From: Octopus bimaculoides
Lineage: Eukaryota
Length of the DNA stretch: 64,000 bases
Direction of reading: 5' to 3'
Assembly: GCF_001194135.2 (NCBI RefSeq)
Contig: NC_068985.1
Coordinates: 2,967,070 to 3,031,069 of the forward strand
Part shown: positions 38,694 to 52,347 of the stretch, in pieces
Layout of the letters: each line of letters opens with the position of its first letter
Position numbering within the stretch: the stretch's first letter is position 1
Notes under the pieces: model-generated
Database searches by the model: none
Told to the model about the DNA's origin: nothing
What the model saw: only the letters and a program-made list of their open reading frames with translations
Program-made: the position numbers and the translations under genes

Positions 38694-39649
38694 ACCCACT
38701 AGAACTCTTCTTGCTATACCTCTTTTATTTCTCCTGCTATTTCCTTATCATTTAACCATTTTACTGAAATCATTCTGAAAGTAATAACAGAATTTGTTTT
38801 GGGTAAATAAAATGTAAATTCTATACAGAAAGTTTATTTTGAAATGGCAAAAAAATTTCTTTAAATATGACAAATATTTCACATTTTTTCTTCTTCATTC
38901 TCGCTTTTTTTTTTTAGCTTTTAGACATTATTCATATATAAAAAAAAAAGTTTAATGCTTGTGTTGATATGGGGTGTGCGGGGAAGAAAAATTTCTAATT
39001 GAAAATTCCACTCACCCCCAAACAACCAACCTATTTATACATGACATTCTAAGAGAAAATTCAGAAACATGAAAGCAATGATAACATTCTCGCCAATTTT
39101 TATATTAATCAGTGAGAATTAGAAACAAATATAATTATAATTTCATAGAATTTTTTTTTTAATTACTAAGTGATGTTGATTTTTTTTTTCTATAACCTTA
39201 CAGCAGTTTTAAGTATAAAATCTAACAATATAGAAATAAAATTAAAACCTTACAGTAGAAAAGTCACCTATTACTTCTCTTTACTTTGTTATAAAGTTGT
39301 TCTTTTTGTTTGGTTCCTACAAATATACTTCTATCTCAGATGAGAACACAGACAACATAATGCAGAAATCCAAGGAAGTTAGATGGTCTTTTATAGAGCC
39401 TGGATTATTCACACACAATCCAAGAATACACCACTTTAACTTGCGTAGAATTATACTCCCCACCATTGTCCCCTGAGGGCAGACCCTTTCTGTTTCACTG
39501 GCTGTCTCTCTTTATCTCTCGCCTTCCTTCCTTCTCCGTATCTCTTCAAAAATATGACGGCTACTTCTGTCCCTCCATCATACTCTAATCTCTCAGTTCC
39601 TCTCCTCTCCCCTCTCCCTCAGGTAGTAGTGGTCATTTTATACTACGGC

Positions 39650-40025
39650 ACTCCAACGGTTACGACGATGAGGGTTCCCGTTGATCCGATCAATGGAACA
39701 GCCTGCTTGTGAAATTAGCACGCAAGTGGCTGAGCACTCCACAGACACGTGTACCTTCAACATAGGTCTCAGGGATATTCAGCGTGATATAGAGTGTGAC
39801 AAGGCTGGCCCTTTGAATTACAGGTACAACAGAAACAGGAAGAAAGAGTGAGAGAAAGTTGTGGTGAAAGAATACAGCAGGGTTTGCCACCACCCCCTGC
39901 CAGAGCTTCGTGGAGCTTTAGGTGTTTTTGCTCAATAAACACTCACAATGCCCAGTCTGAGAATTGAAACCGCAATCCTATGACCGCGAGTCTACTGCCC
40001 TAACCACTGGGCCATTGCGCCTCCA
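39650..40025 (-). mobile_element. SINE family C, near complete. Head-to-head partner at 40055-40320 (+)
   Basis: Minus-strand head tggaggcgcaatggcccagtggttagggcagtagactcgcggtc...gcggtttcaattctc. Confidence 0.85.
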
Positions 40026-41114
40026 TGGTCATCTTATATGCAATACATGAGTAAAGGTGGGAAGCTTAATGGTTAGGGCACTCAGCTCACAATCATAAGA
40101 TCATGATTTTGTTACCCAGCAATGAATTGTGTCCTTGAGAAAGACACTTTTGTCAGCACTAGTTCACTCAGCTGATAAAAATAAGTTGTACCAGTAATTC
40201 AAGGGGGCAGACAACCTGCTGAATCTCCCTTTGTGGAGAGTTCAGCCACTTGCACATTAATTTCAGAAGTAGGCTGTTCCATTGATTGGATTCACTGGAA
40301 CCCTGGTCATCATAACTGCCAGTTATACACAGTACTTATCGCATTTCTTTTCACTCATCTGATTTCCATGTAAACTGCCACTTTTTTGCAACCTGCCTCA
40401 GTAGTGTCCTTTTCATTTGATACCCTTTTGGCAGATATATGGAACTGATCTCAATGTCACTATCATCACCATCATCATCATCGTCATCATCATCATGAAG
40501 AACAGCAGTAAGACGACATCAGTGATAACTGGATCTTTCAATTTGTTAGTGGCATATTCCAGGTATAAAAGTTCTATTAATACCTTTAGCTTGGCAAATT
40601 ACAAAGTGATCTTCACTCATGCTGGTGCCACCACCCTTCACATGTCATCATGGAAGCTAGACATTAAATGTTGATGATGATGACAACTGTAGCACTACTT
40701 GGTAAATCTCACAATTTACAAACCATGCTACCAACACAATGAATTTATATATATATGTATATGTGCGCGTTTGCATATACATAAGACCTGTAATTGGAGT
40801 TCTAGCTCAGAGGTAAGGCAGAGCTTCTTTTCTGCTCGAATAAGAAAGAAAGAAAAAAAGAAAACAAGGTGAGATGTGTCAAGCAAGCAAAATGAATTAG
40901 TTTCAAAAATTGGTCCATTAGTTTCAGAGTTTCTCTCATCTTTGCTTTACCAACAATAATGACAGAGCAGATCTCCATTTGCAAATAGTCCTTTGCCTGA
41001 ACGTTCTATTGTAACTCTTGTCTTAACAGCATTTTCATTTAATCACACCTATCATACATGGGTATTGTTATAATCTACTTTTTCATTTTTTGTTGGGGTT
41101 TTTTTTTGTGTATC

Positions 41115-41466
41115 TTTCTATTTGCTTCAGTCATGAGACCGTGGCCATGCTGGGGCACTGCCATGAAGAATTTTTAGTCAAATGAATCAACCCTCAGTAC
41201 TTATTTTTACTTATTCAATCAGTCTCTTTATTGAACTGCTAAATTATGGGGATGTAAACACACCAACACCAGTTGTCAAGTAGTGGTAGAGGACACACAC
41301 AGGCAACATACACTCACACACACACACAATATATATGATGGGCTTCTTTCAGTTTCCATCAACCAAATCCACTCACAAAGCGTTGGTCGGTGAGAGGCGA
41401 GAGTAAGAGACACTTACCCAAGGTGCCTCGCTGTGGGACTGAACCTGGAACCAGGTGGTTGGGAAC
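41115..41466 (-). mobile_element. SINE family A
   Basis: Full family A layout with (CA)n. Confidence 0.8.
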
Positions 41467-43148
41467 CTAAAAGATAAAATCTATACTACTTCTTACTTTT
41501 TAAACTATGTGATACCTCATCATAGATTTTTACTGCACTGAACTATTGGCACTGCCTCCTGATAGTTTCATAAAATTCTTGTGATTATAATTGATTATTA
41601 TATTTTCATAGACACAATAAAACAATCCTTCTGAATATTTTTGGAATATTTAACTCATATTTTCTCCACAAATAATCGCTTTACTATTTCAGGCAAAATA
41701 TTAACTTTTCTATGATCACATTATACCTCTCTGATCCAACATGAACCAGAAACTTAAGGAGTGGTGAACAGTCCCTCATGAAAAAAAGAAAGAAAGAAAC
41801 AGTGGAATGCATTTAGAGTTAAACACACACACACATACACACACACACAGAGTATCCATATTTCATAAGAACAGATACACTGAAACATACTACACAGAAT
41901 GTATAACACATGTATTGAATTAAAGACACTTGCACACAATACTGTGTACATTCATCCTTACATTTACACCAAACATGCTCACACAAACACACACACATGC
42001 ACAATCAATAGTTTCTTTCAAGAATCAATATTCTAGGAATTATCATACCATTTTAAAGTTTAGCTTCCGTATGTGTGGGGATGTGTACATTGTCATCTCT
42101 ACTAAACATGTAAATAAAATGTTTAGGTTTGACAGTTTAATTAAATCTTTTTAAGAATATTTATTGCAATATAGTAGACAGAATTTCCCTGTTTCTCTCA
42201 TCACAGAAAATAAAACAAATAGAAAGGGCTAAGATAAGGAAAATAAGGCATTAGGAAATGTGAAGGAAGAGAAACAAGAGTTAGAAACTATGGATGAATT
42301 TAAAACAAATGTTCTACTCATAAAAAATGCAGACTCAATTCCTATTTTTAAACACACCTGAATAAATATTTTTCATGGAGGAAGAAAATCATTATAAATA
42401 TGTTATGAACTTTTGGCCAGTTTTTAAGTACAGACTAAGTTTAATAGATTGGTTTTGGTCTTGGCCAGGAAAGGTTTTGTTATTATTTTCACTATGAAGG
42501 AGAATGTATTACTAAAATCATTGGAAAAACCACTTTCTAGCATTTGCTCCAATTCTTTGCATTCTGAGTCCAAATCTCACTGAAATCAGTCTTGACTTTC
42601 ATTCTTTCAGAATTGATAAAATAAAGTACCAGTCAGATATTGAGTCCAGTACTGTCAACCAATCCTCACTCCCAAAAATGTCTGGCCTTGTGCCAAAATT
42701 AGAGAGTTAATAACAATAATAATCCCTGTGCACAAGGCCTGAAATATTGAGGGAAGTGGGGAGCAAGCTGATTACATCAACCCCAGTGCTCAACTGGTAC
42801 TTATTACATTTACCTCATAATGATGAAAGACAAAGTAGACATCATCAGCATTTAATGTCCGTGTTCCATGCTAGCATGGGTGGGATGGTTTGACAAGAGC
42901 CGGCCAGGTTGAAGCCTGCACCGGGCTTCAGTAACTTTTGGCAGGATTTTTACAGCTGGATGCCCTTCTTAACACCAACCACTTAGCAGATTTGAACATT
43001 AAGACGGATGAAATGCAGTTAAGCATTTTACCTGGCATACTAATGATTCTGCCAGTTTGTCGCCTTACCTTACTGATAAAAATCATTTCTGCAATAGGTA
43101 CACAGGCTATCCCCTTCCCCAAAAATTTCAGGCCTGAAAAAGAAAAAA

Positions 43149-43480
43149 ATTATTATTATTATTATTATTTTATTGTCTTTGCACAGCTTCTAATGCTGGA
43201 GATGTACTACAGTATCACCTGTTCACCACCCCTTATTTTTCGAGCAACATCCGGAGTATTTGAGCGGTTCCAAGCAGTACTGCTTTCTGCTAGTGCTCCA
43301 CCCTTATTTGTTCCATGTACTTCAAGATTTTTACTCACAGTTCCCAGGGCTCCGACAATTATTGGTACTGCTACCACCTTTTCCTGCGACCACAGCTGCT
43401 TAACTTCCCAAGTTAACCTTTCATATCTATCGACTTTTCTTTCTTCCTTATTGCATACCTTGTTGTCAGCTGGGCATGAT
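43149..43480 (-). pseudogene. R4/Dong LINE 3' end (RLE C-terminus plus (AAT)n tail)
   Basis: KVDRYERLTWEVKQLWSQEKVVAVPIIVGALGTVSKNL and QKAVLLGTAQILRMLLEK*. Confidence 0.8.
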
Positions 43481-43559
43481 TATTATTGTTGTTGTTGTTG
43501 TTGTTGTTATCTACCCCTACTATTGCAGTTCAAAAGCTATTAGATGCTAATTTAATTAC

Positions 43560-43830
43560 TAGGGACGTTATCCTGAGGTTTTGACAACAGACTGCCTCAA
43601 ATCTCAAGAATCTTTCTTCGGATCTTTGCAGAATACAAGATCATATTTCCCTGCAAGTCAACAATCCATGTCTCAACCCCAATACTGTTCAGCCCCATGA
43701 CTAGCAGCATGGGTGTTGTGCCAAGTGCACCAATCACCAGAGGAACAACAGCCACCTTTGTCTCTCACAATCTCTTCTCCATTCTGGATAAGGCCTGGCA
43801 TTTCACAAATGCTTTCATATTCATTCAACT
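43560..43830 (-). pseudogene. Second, different R4/Dong 3' end
   Basis: ETKVAVVPLVIGALGTTP, IGVETWIVDLQ, LYSAKIRRKILEI*. Confidence 0.75.
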
Positions 43831-44129
43831 TTCATATGGTTTTGAAAACTCTATAAGCATACATTTTCTTTTTGTTTTGTTTTGCTTTTTGATGTGGGTG
43901 GAGATTCTGGTCTTCTATAATCATGTCTGGTCTCCTTGCTTCAATAGTATGGTCAGTCCTTATGGAGAAATTCTTTAAAAAATTTCTAGCAATCATTCAC
44001 CATAGCAGCTCTGGTGCTATTGGTGAATGGTCAACAGCATTGGAGACCATAAGGATTTTAAAGTTGGAGTTGAGGAAAAGTTAGCTGACATGGAAGACAG
44101 GAAGTCAACTGAATACTGGAAAAGAGTTT

Positions 44130-44400
44130 TTTCTATCATGAGGATTCATGCCTGATATCAAAATGCCACTATCATGATTGCGGCTCTGTGAACACAGTCA
44201 AGACTGTAAGACGTAGCAGGGACGGCTGCACTGGAGAGTAAAATAACAGGAAGGGAGAGAGCAGGCATTCTGATTGCATGCCAGAATTCACCCAACAACT
44301 GAGGAATAGGGCCTTTGGCGCAATTCAGATGACTATGTGAAGCTGCTGGAGTCTGTGGTCAATCCCTGGTTGGAAGCGGTCACTGTTTGAAGCTGATAGC
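44130..44400 (+). pseudogene. Tc1/mariner-superfamily transposase fragment
   Basis: NSDDYVKLLESVVNPWLEAV resembles the segment before the second catalytic Asp (NS..Y..LL...VKPW). Confidence 0.45.
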
Positions 44401-46264
44401 AGCTACTTTGAGTAAACTGTTATTTCCCAGCCATAATCCAGGCTGATATTTCTTTAGGTTTTTTTAAAAAATGCTCTTATGTTTGTATGAGATATTGTTT
44501 TCTTTCTCTGTTATGCAAACTGTCAAATTTAACCAAAATTAGGTCGCATGGACAATTGTGCAGAGACTGTGCGAGAGTGAATGGTAGCATCAGGTGCCAG
44601 TGAACGGTATTGTATGCAGCCAAAAGTGATGGCAAGCAGGTTGTTTATGTAGTAAACCAAATCCAGAAATAAACAAGGAGTTGATATAAATCTGAGATAG
44701 CGCCACTTAAGGAAAACGGCAATGTAATAGTTTCTGAAAATGCACAACCAACACACAAAATGCTTTGCATGAGTGTACAATGCACCATACCATGCACACA
44801 CACACACACATCAAAATAATGACACCACTTCACTATATACACACTCAATATACAGGAGAGAAGATATACACTTGCTTCAATGTTTCAAGGAAATGTGTAC
44901 AAGAATCTGTATATAAATATGCATTTGTCTCTTTGACTCTATTAGTTGTATTATAGTTGTAATATCCAATATAATGAGATATTTATCATTAGATTTTCTA
45001 CATAAATCAATTTAGACCAGATATTAACATGTTTTGTTCTTTGTTTGCTTTCTTGTGAGGAAGTATCTTCTCATATATTTGTTAAAATATATAACAATAA
45101 AAAAGACATCACTTTGCTTCAGCACATTGTACAGAAACATATGTGTCTAATTCATGTCCATTTCTAAACTGCTCTTTTAAAATCTGCTTCTAAATGTTTT
45201 GTAAAATTAGATTTCAAAACATACACACTCAATATATAGATTAATAGGCATTTATTTAATGTACATTACTATTTGTGAGATAGAATAAAATAAAATGACT
45301 TTTGAACACAATAAATAAAATATTTACTATATTTTGGATAAAAACAGTATTGCTGATTGTTTCCTGTACTTGCCTGCTTTAAAAAAGAAAATTTTTTGTT
45401 CTTTTTTTAACTCATCTTTATTTCTATTTTCCTGCTAGCAAGGGTAAAATGGTAATTTTGTTTCTTCACAGATTTCAGTATTTTCAGAGAAATTACTGGG
45501 GCAAGAAAAATCTTTAACTTATACCAAACTAAAACAGAACTCCAAAATCTTAGATATATTCAACTTCAACAAGACAGTCAAATGCAGGAAGAACTGGGAA
45601 AGTTATGGATCTAATGGACTGGTGTGCACCTGCATTTACAGCCAGCAATCCAAAGAGGATTCATAGAAGATCAAGGTATTCAACTGATGTGAGGAGTGAA
45701 AAAATCTAACAAATTCTTCAACATGGAGTAGAGAAAAATAAAGCTGTCATTGGCCTGATTATAAATTATAAGCCTAGAGCTAGGCCAACTTTCTTGACTG
45801 CCCATTGCAATGTATGCACCCAAACTTTCAGTTCTCATGGTAATTAAGCACACAGTTATGTGCCTTGCCTATGGCCACAAAAAAGCTGTGTTGGTGACCA
45901 CTTTGAACTTGTGAGCATACAGGCACGACAAGACACACTACTTTTGCATGACATTAAGGATAAAATTAACTACAATAAATACAGTTTTGCCAAAAAACTT
46001 ACTTCTGACTTATTAAAGATTATCAGGCTACATATTGAAGAGTTCAGTATAACAGATGCTGTGGATAACATGGATTATTCACAGGATGAATTGAAACCCT
46101 CAACTTTGAATAATGCTCAGGAAAATATATGGTCAGACAGTTTTCCTCAAAAAGAAAGTAAAATTGTAGCCATCCTTAAATACAGGCGACTTTTACAGCC
46201 ATGCCCCCCCCCCTCATCTCCAACTCCCTCTCTCATCCCAGAGGTCCTTGTCTTGCAGGCCTGT

Positions 46265-46642
46265 GGGTGCTGGCACCACATGAAAAGCACTCATTTCAGT
46301 GTCACATAAAAAGCAACTGTGTCAGTGCCACATAAAAAAGGCAACTGTGCCAGGACCATGTAAAAAGCACTCATGGCGCTGTCACATGAAAAGGACCAAT
46401 TTTGCTGCCTTGCAAAAAGCACCCGTGTTGGTGCCACATAAAAACTGCCTGGGGCCAGTGCCATGTAAAAGACACATAATGTAAAGTGGTTGACATTAGG
46501 AAGGGCATCCAGCCTTAGAAACCATGCCAAAACAGACAATGGAGCCTAGGCAGCTTCTATCCAACTCTGGCCAACTCTTGTCAAACCATACAATCCATGC
46601 CAGCATGGAAAACGGATGTTAAAGGATGATGATGATGATGAG
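46265..46642 (+). mobile_element. RTE 3' UTR with repeat array and (GAT)n tail
   Basis: Repeated gtgccacataaaa units, ttaggaagggcatccagc, gatgatgatgatgatg. Confidence 0.75.
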
Positions 46643-46899
46643 AAAGTATGCATCAGACAGTGTGACACTTGGGAATGATGTCAGGTTTTAAGAAGTCATA
46701 GAGGATGATGCGGTTGAGTTGCTAGAGTCCCATAGTGAAAGTTTATTAAACAAGGAGCTGATAGGGTTAGAACAACAGCAAGCTCAGAATATAGATGCGA
46801 GTACAGAAATTCCACCAACTCTACTTAAATTGACCGTAAAGAACATTGTAAAAGGGTTGGCATATGCAAGTCTTTGCTGATAATGATCCTAATTGTGAA

Positions 46900-47340
46900 A
46901 TCATCATCAGCATCACCATCGTTTAACGTCCGATTTCCATGCTGGTATCAGGCTCAACCTGATCTAGCAAAGTTTCTACAGCTGGATGCCCTTCCTAACG
47001 CCAACCACTCCAAGAGTGTAATGGGTGCTTTTTACGTGCCACCATCACGGGGGCCAGCTAGGTAGTTCTGGCAACGACCACGCTCAAAAGGTGTTTTTTA
47101 CGTGCTACCTGCACGGGAACCAGCCCAGCAGCACTGGCAACAACCAAGCTTGAATGTTGTTTTTCACGAGACACCAGCACATGTACCGGGAGGGCGACTC
47201 TGGCAATGATCACGCTTGAATGGTGCTTTTCATGTGTCACCGGCATGAGAGCTAATCCGTGGCCCTGGCAAAGATCATGTTCGGATGTGCTTTTACCGTT
47301 CCACTGGCACAACTGCCAATCAGGCAGTACTGTCATCAGC
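46900..47340 (-). mobile_element. RTE 3' UTR with ~5 repeat units
   Basis: Same ordered unit variants as 36320-36620. Confidence 0.8.
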
Positions 47341-49039
47341 ATAACCTAGAAATTACAAGAAGAATTTACAATGAGCTCAATGTAAGTTCCTTGCTCCTCA
47401 AGCAGATGTTGATGAACTATAAGACAAAAGATAATGACCTTTACCCTTCCAGTAGCTCCCATTCTGTCACCACCGTCTTTCACACAGCTGTCAATATCTT
47501 TTGTGGTGAGGATGTACTCAATTACAATATTAACATTCTTATTTATTCTGCAACGTGTTTCTCTTTAAATGTTATGTAAAAATATTATACTGTGTATGTT
47601 TAATAACTTATTTTCATACATAAAAAAAAGCTTGTTTTTTTACTGCTGTTTTATTATTTTTTTAATGTGTCAGAATGCATTATCGCTTTATAACACAAAA
47701 ATCAATGGGAAATTTAATTTTGCATTCCAGCAAGATTTTCAGGGATGTGTTACCTCCAAAGCACAGGAGATTCCTGTGTGGTAATTTATCCTTTCTATTA
47801 TTTAATATCATCCTTCTATACTAGCAAGAGTTGAATAGGTTCATATGCATGTCTCAGATCTGGTCCATTGTGTCTAACTTCAACCTCCACCTGGGTTACT
47901 GAGGAATACGATGCAACAGGGTGAACAGAGTCTAATCTTCTGTTCTCTCCGTCTTTAAAAACAACATTTTAAGAAGTCCTTCAGTCAACTCACTACTTTT
48001 CATCCACCAACAGCATCACTCGTTCATTCACACTTGGTATTTATACCAACACTCATTGCTCCTCCCACCACCACCACACTCTGCATATTTAACTTGCTTG
48101 CGTTTACATTGTCTCACTAGTTAATTGAACACATTCAATGGGATCTACACAGTTATTTTCCCAAAGCAGTGTCCCTTTCATCAAGCATATTTCCCTATAA
48201 TATAGCACTACATTTCTTAGGTATACACAATGCAACATTCTATTCAGACAAATAAGAATTTTCCTTTGATCAACAAAAGAAACAATTTCTTCCTAAATTT
48301 CTTCAATTATTTTGCATTCAAGACGCTATAATGGGTGTAAACTCTAGCTATGACTAGTTCCAAACTAAAGCAATATTAAGCAGCCTGGTAGCAAGACCAT
48401 ATGCACCTGTAATATTCAATGTTAATTTCATTCTTGATGAAAAGGTTCTGGAAAATATATAACATTTCGTTTTATTAGGGAATCCAAGGTAGCAGAGTAC
48501 AATCTATGTGCTTCCAGAAACTGAAGATAGAAGTTGGTACAGCTGATGTGGAGGTGTAAGTATTGAAAGTTAATGTTTGAAAAGACAAAGGTGAGGAGTA
48601 AACATTAAAAATTCCTCAGTCTAGAAAAGGAGAAGCAAGGCATGGGAAATGAGATGGCTTCAGTAAATGGTAGTTTGGCTTAGAGCTGGAAAATGACTTC
48701 ATAGTAACAAAAGGAAATAACAAAAAAAAGAAAAAGAAAAAGATTTGCAAGTTGAATCAAATGACAGTCACTTATCACAATGTAGGTGCAAGGAAGAACC
48801 CATTCACTGCTATAGATTCTATCGTTTAATAATATTGCAATATATTTATCTAAGACAGACAAAGAACTGCACCAACTATTGAAGTGTGCACTAGATGTTT
48901 CTGGGTTGTTGTTTTGTTTTGTTCTATTTTCCTTGTCAAAGAAAACATGGCTTATGTAAAAAGTAAGTTAACAAATACAGAAATCTGATGAAAAGTAGAT
49001 GTTGACAGAAACAAAATTTCTGAGACTAGACTGCCACTG

Positions 49040-49460
49040 AACAAGTTTTTTCACAGATCGCAAATGCAGAAAGTTTTAAGCAGGATGTTTTACACACAAT
49101 ATAAAAAACACAATGTTTTATACTGATTGTAAATGTAGACTATTTTACAAAGACTTAAAATGTGGATTGTTTTATAGAGATTGAGAATGTAAAAAGGTTT
49201 AAAAACAATGTCAATGCAGAGGATTTTACTCAAACTGTGATTTCTTCAAGGCAAACTGTAGATGTAAAGTCAACTGTAAACATTTACAATTTGTGGGGAA
49301 AAAATTCTACACAAACCGTAAATGTAGGAAGTTTTAAACAAACTGTCAATGCAGAATTTTTTACATAGACCAGAAATGGAGACACAAACTATAAACGTGT
49401 TTTACTTAAACTGTGAACATGGAATGTTTTATGTAGGTTGTAAATGCAGACAGATATGAT
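49040..49460. repeat. Degenerate ~25-30-bp minisatellite (ttttacacaaactgtaaatgcagaa-like)
   Basis: The motif aaactgt.aatg(c/t)ag recurs about 8-10 times. Confidence 0.55.
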
Positions 49461-49714
49461 GTGCAGAACAGAGGGTTTCTTTCAAAACTATTTATGATTT
49501 AGAATACATATATAAATATACATTCACTCATTCATCTACAGGTTCCAACATTACGGTTCTCATCATTATATCAGCACCAGATCTAATGATGTGAACTACA
49601 ACCTTCAAGATGTCTAAACTTGCAATAAAAATAACAATAAATCTTTTCTCTCAAATCACACTTTAACACTTTCAATAAGGAAGAAAACAGTGGAACATCC
49701 ACCCTCAGATATCA

Positions 49715-49985
49715 TCATCATCATTATCATCTAACGTACAGTTTCTACAGCTGGATGTCCTTCTTAACGCCAACCACTCAGAATGTAGTGAGTGCATTTT
49801 TACGTGCCACCAGCACAGGAGCCAGTCAGGCGGGCCTGGCATCAATCATGTTCAGATAGTGCTTTTTTACGTGCCACCAGCATGGGGGTCAGTCAGGGGG
49901 TGGTGGCACTGGCCACATTCAGATGGTGCTGTTTACGTGCCTCCGCTATGGGAGCCAGTCAAGCAAACCTGGCATTGATATGCTG
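49715..49985 (-). mobile_element. Internally deleted RTE 3' UTR with ~3 repeat units of the 12.3-kb type
   Basis: tttacgtgccaccagcacaggagccagtcaggcgggcctggcatcaatcatgttcagatagtgc. Confidence 0.75.
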
Positions 49986-50738
49986 TCTAAAAATAAGACA
50001 GGATATTTATTGTTGGGGGCCTTTTGATTAGAACTGACTCCAGGCGAAACACTAACAACAATGATAGTCATTGTTATGTCCTCCTGAAGGTGGAATATTG
50101 AGAGTAATTGGACTGGTAAGAATAATTAGAAGTGATAGAGGTACAGTAATCTAAGAGCAAAGATAGATGGCAAGACGGATGCTGTGAAGGTGGTAGTGTT
50201 GAAGCTATTAGTAGCAATGATGTACCAGTAATATATATTGGGATAAAATGGCCGAGATAAAGTACTAGTGGAAAGTGACAGTAGTAACAAATAGATTTCT
50301 CTTCAACACAGAATGAGTGCCCCAATGCATGCGTTTTAGAGAACGTACGCACACACATAACCAATGAGAGCACCCCCAAATGGTCAATTGCCTAGCAAGA
50401 AATAGCAGCCAAATTACCTTCAAATTACATACTACTATTTTAAAAAAGAAGAGGTGCACTATCTGTAAAGATGAATGTATAATCATTGTAGGAATGCTTT
50501 GATCATAGGTCCCCATGATTAGGGGTTGCTTGTTGCTTTAAGAAAAAAAAACTTATTTCCACCTTATAATGAATATTCATACAAATGAGAAATGCAAACT
50601 AAGAAACGAAGCAATAATAAGAGAAGAAAATAAACAGTTGGAGAAAAGAGAGATAGGGAAAGAAACAATAAATAGAATCATTGCACAGTAGTGGTAGCAG
50701 TGGAATCAGAGTGCAGAGTTGTGGAGGAAATAAACAAA

Positions 50739-50784
<46 letters not shown>

Positions 50785-51150
50785 ACATACACATAGTTGT
50801 GCATGGCAAATGGTATAGATTTATTAGGCGTGTGGGATAAGAAAAAAAAATGATTTAGAATCTCTTGAATTAGTAAATAAAATAGAAAATTTCAGATTTT
50901 GAAAAGAAATATATTGAGACAAGAAGGCAGGAGAGTAACTCAAAGAGAAAGAAGATATACGAAATGGGAAAAGAGAGAGAGAGAGGAGAAAAGAAGAGAT
51001 ATAATAAAGAGTAGAAGAAGAAAATGAAAAGAAGAGAATTGAGAGACAAGAAGAAACGAATGGAAGAGTGAGAGACAAGAAAAGAGGAAAGAGGAGATGG
51101 TGACAAGAGAAATGGAAAGAAAGGGTATGAGAAAGAGGAAGAAAGGGTAT

Positions 51151-51253
51151 GAGAAAGAGGAAGAAAGAGAAAAAGAGGAAGAAAGAGAAAAAGAGGAAGA
51201 AAGAGAAAAAGAGGAAGAAAGAGAAAAAGAGGAAGAAAGAGAAAAAGAGGAAG
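51151..51253. repeat. 18-bp tandem repeat (gaaaaagaggaagaaaga) x~5.5
   Basis: Direct; gives the EKEEER period in ORF 51097-51339. Confidence 0.9.
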
Positions 51254-52289
51254 CAAGTGGTAGAAGAAAGAATATTCTTTTTATTCTTGAACTTATTTTG
51301 GTCATTGGACTAAGGTTTGCTAGAGTACCATGTACATAAATAAGTACATACATATACGGAGAGAGAGAGAGTAGAAGACAAGGCAAGATTAAAAAAACTT
51401 TGCTTTATTAAAGACAATATCTTAGGTGAGGAGTTTGCTATAGAACAGCTTATAATAATAATAACAACAACAACAGTTGCTTAGTAACAGATCATGTGAA
51501 TGGCAATAAATATAATTTGTTACTGAAACATTTTAATCTTGCTTTTCATTGGTGCTTTTTGTTTGTTTGCCCCCCCCCCACTCCCCTGCTATCATTTGGC
51601 CGTGTTCTTCACTGGAAACACTATCATTTTCAGTAGCACTATTACACATGACTACTACCTTCTATACCATGATGATGATGATGATTATCATCATCTTATT
51701 CTTCCCCCTCAACATCATCACTGCTAGCACAACTTTGTCTTCCGTCAATTCAAAATTTGCATATTTACAAAGATAACTGTAGAGTCGGTTTCTTTATTCC
51801 TGAGACATTCAAAGCTGAATAAATTATACCAGTGGCCCAAAAGTTAGGCAGTAGCATTTGTTGTCATTAAAGTATGGATAGTTTCAGTGCCAAAAATGGG
51901 TTATGAACCCAAGATAAGGAACTATAGTTGTGGGAACTATAACTGTCGGAACCACTCTACAGTTATAATGAAACTTCTGAATTATAAATATTTATCAGAA
52001 GCTTTAACTAACCAAAGCTAAACTAATGACATTTTAAAAGAAAAATTGCATCAAATTCTCATGCAATTTTCAACAGGATTCTTAGATGAAAACTAGCCTA
52101 GGTATTTATTTTAAAAGAAAAGGGTGATGATTAAGAAATGAAAATGATAGATGTGCCAGCTAATAAAGATATGATTTCATATAACATAGTACAGAGAGAA
52201 CTTGGCTTGTTAATGTTAACATCTTTAGTGAGGTAATGACTACATATGTAGTCTAGTCATCAATGAATGACAACTCAAACAACAGTATA

Positions 52290-52347
<58 letters not shown>

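Larger units (their letters stand above)
45700..47460 (+). pseudogene. Tigger/pogo-like transposase C-terminal remnant split by two RTE 3' ends
   Basis: EEFSITDAVDNMDYSQDELKPSTLNNAQENIWSD, then after an insertion EVIEDDAVELLESHSESLLNKELIGLE. Confidence 0.6.

Noticed and set aside
37614-38778. Longest ORFs in the track (also 57008-57569 and 58992-59475)
   Set aside because: They are runs of N translated as X, so assembly-gap artefacts.
39960-40025. tRNA-like sequences (also 28534-28620 and 2490-2555)
   Set aside because: They are SINE heads followed by SINE bodies, and no complete cloverleaf was found.
40788-41774. Three short minus-strand exon-like segments (41774-41727, ~40996-40951, ~40834-40788) and a plus-strand PVIGVLAQ micro-ORF resembling the gamma-glutamyl hydrolase N-terminus
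   Set aside because: No consistent open frame joins all three, and no other GGH motifs (FPGG, WGTCLG, QWHPE) were found.
44529-44733. Minus-strand ORF/exon with WRYLRFISTPCLFLDL, reminiscent of microbial rhodopsin helix C
   Set aside because: It lacks the conserved DW, no other helices are present, and the donor is weak, so probably chance.
48978-49022. CTGATGA...GAAA flanked by a 7-bp stem (cagaaat/atttctg)
   Set aside because: There is no stem II and no NUH cleavage triplet or stem III in register.
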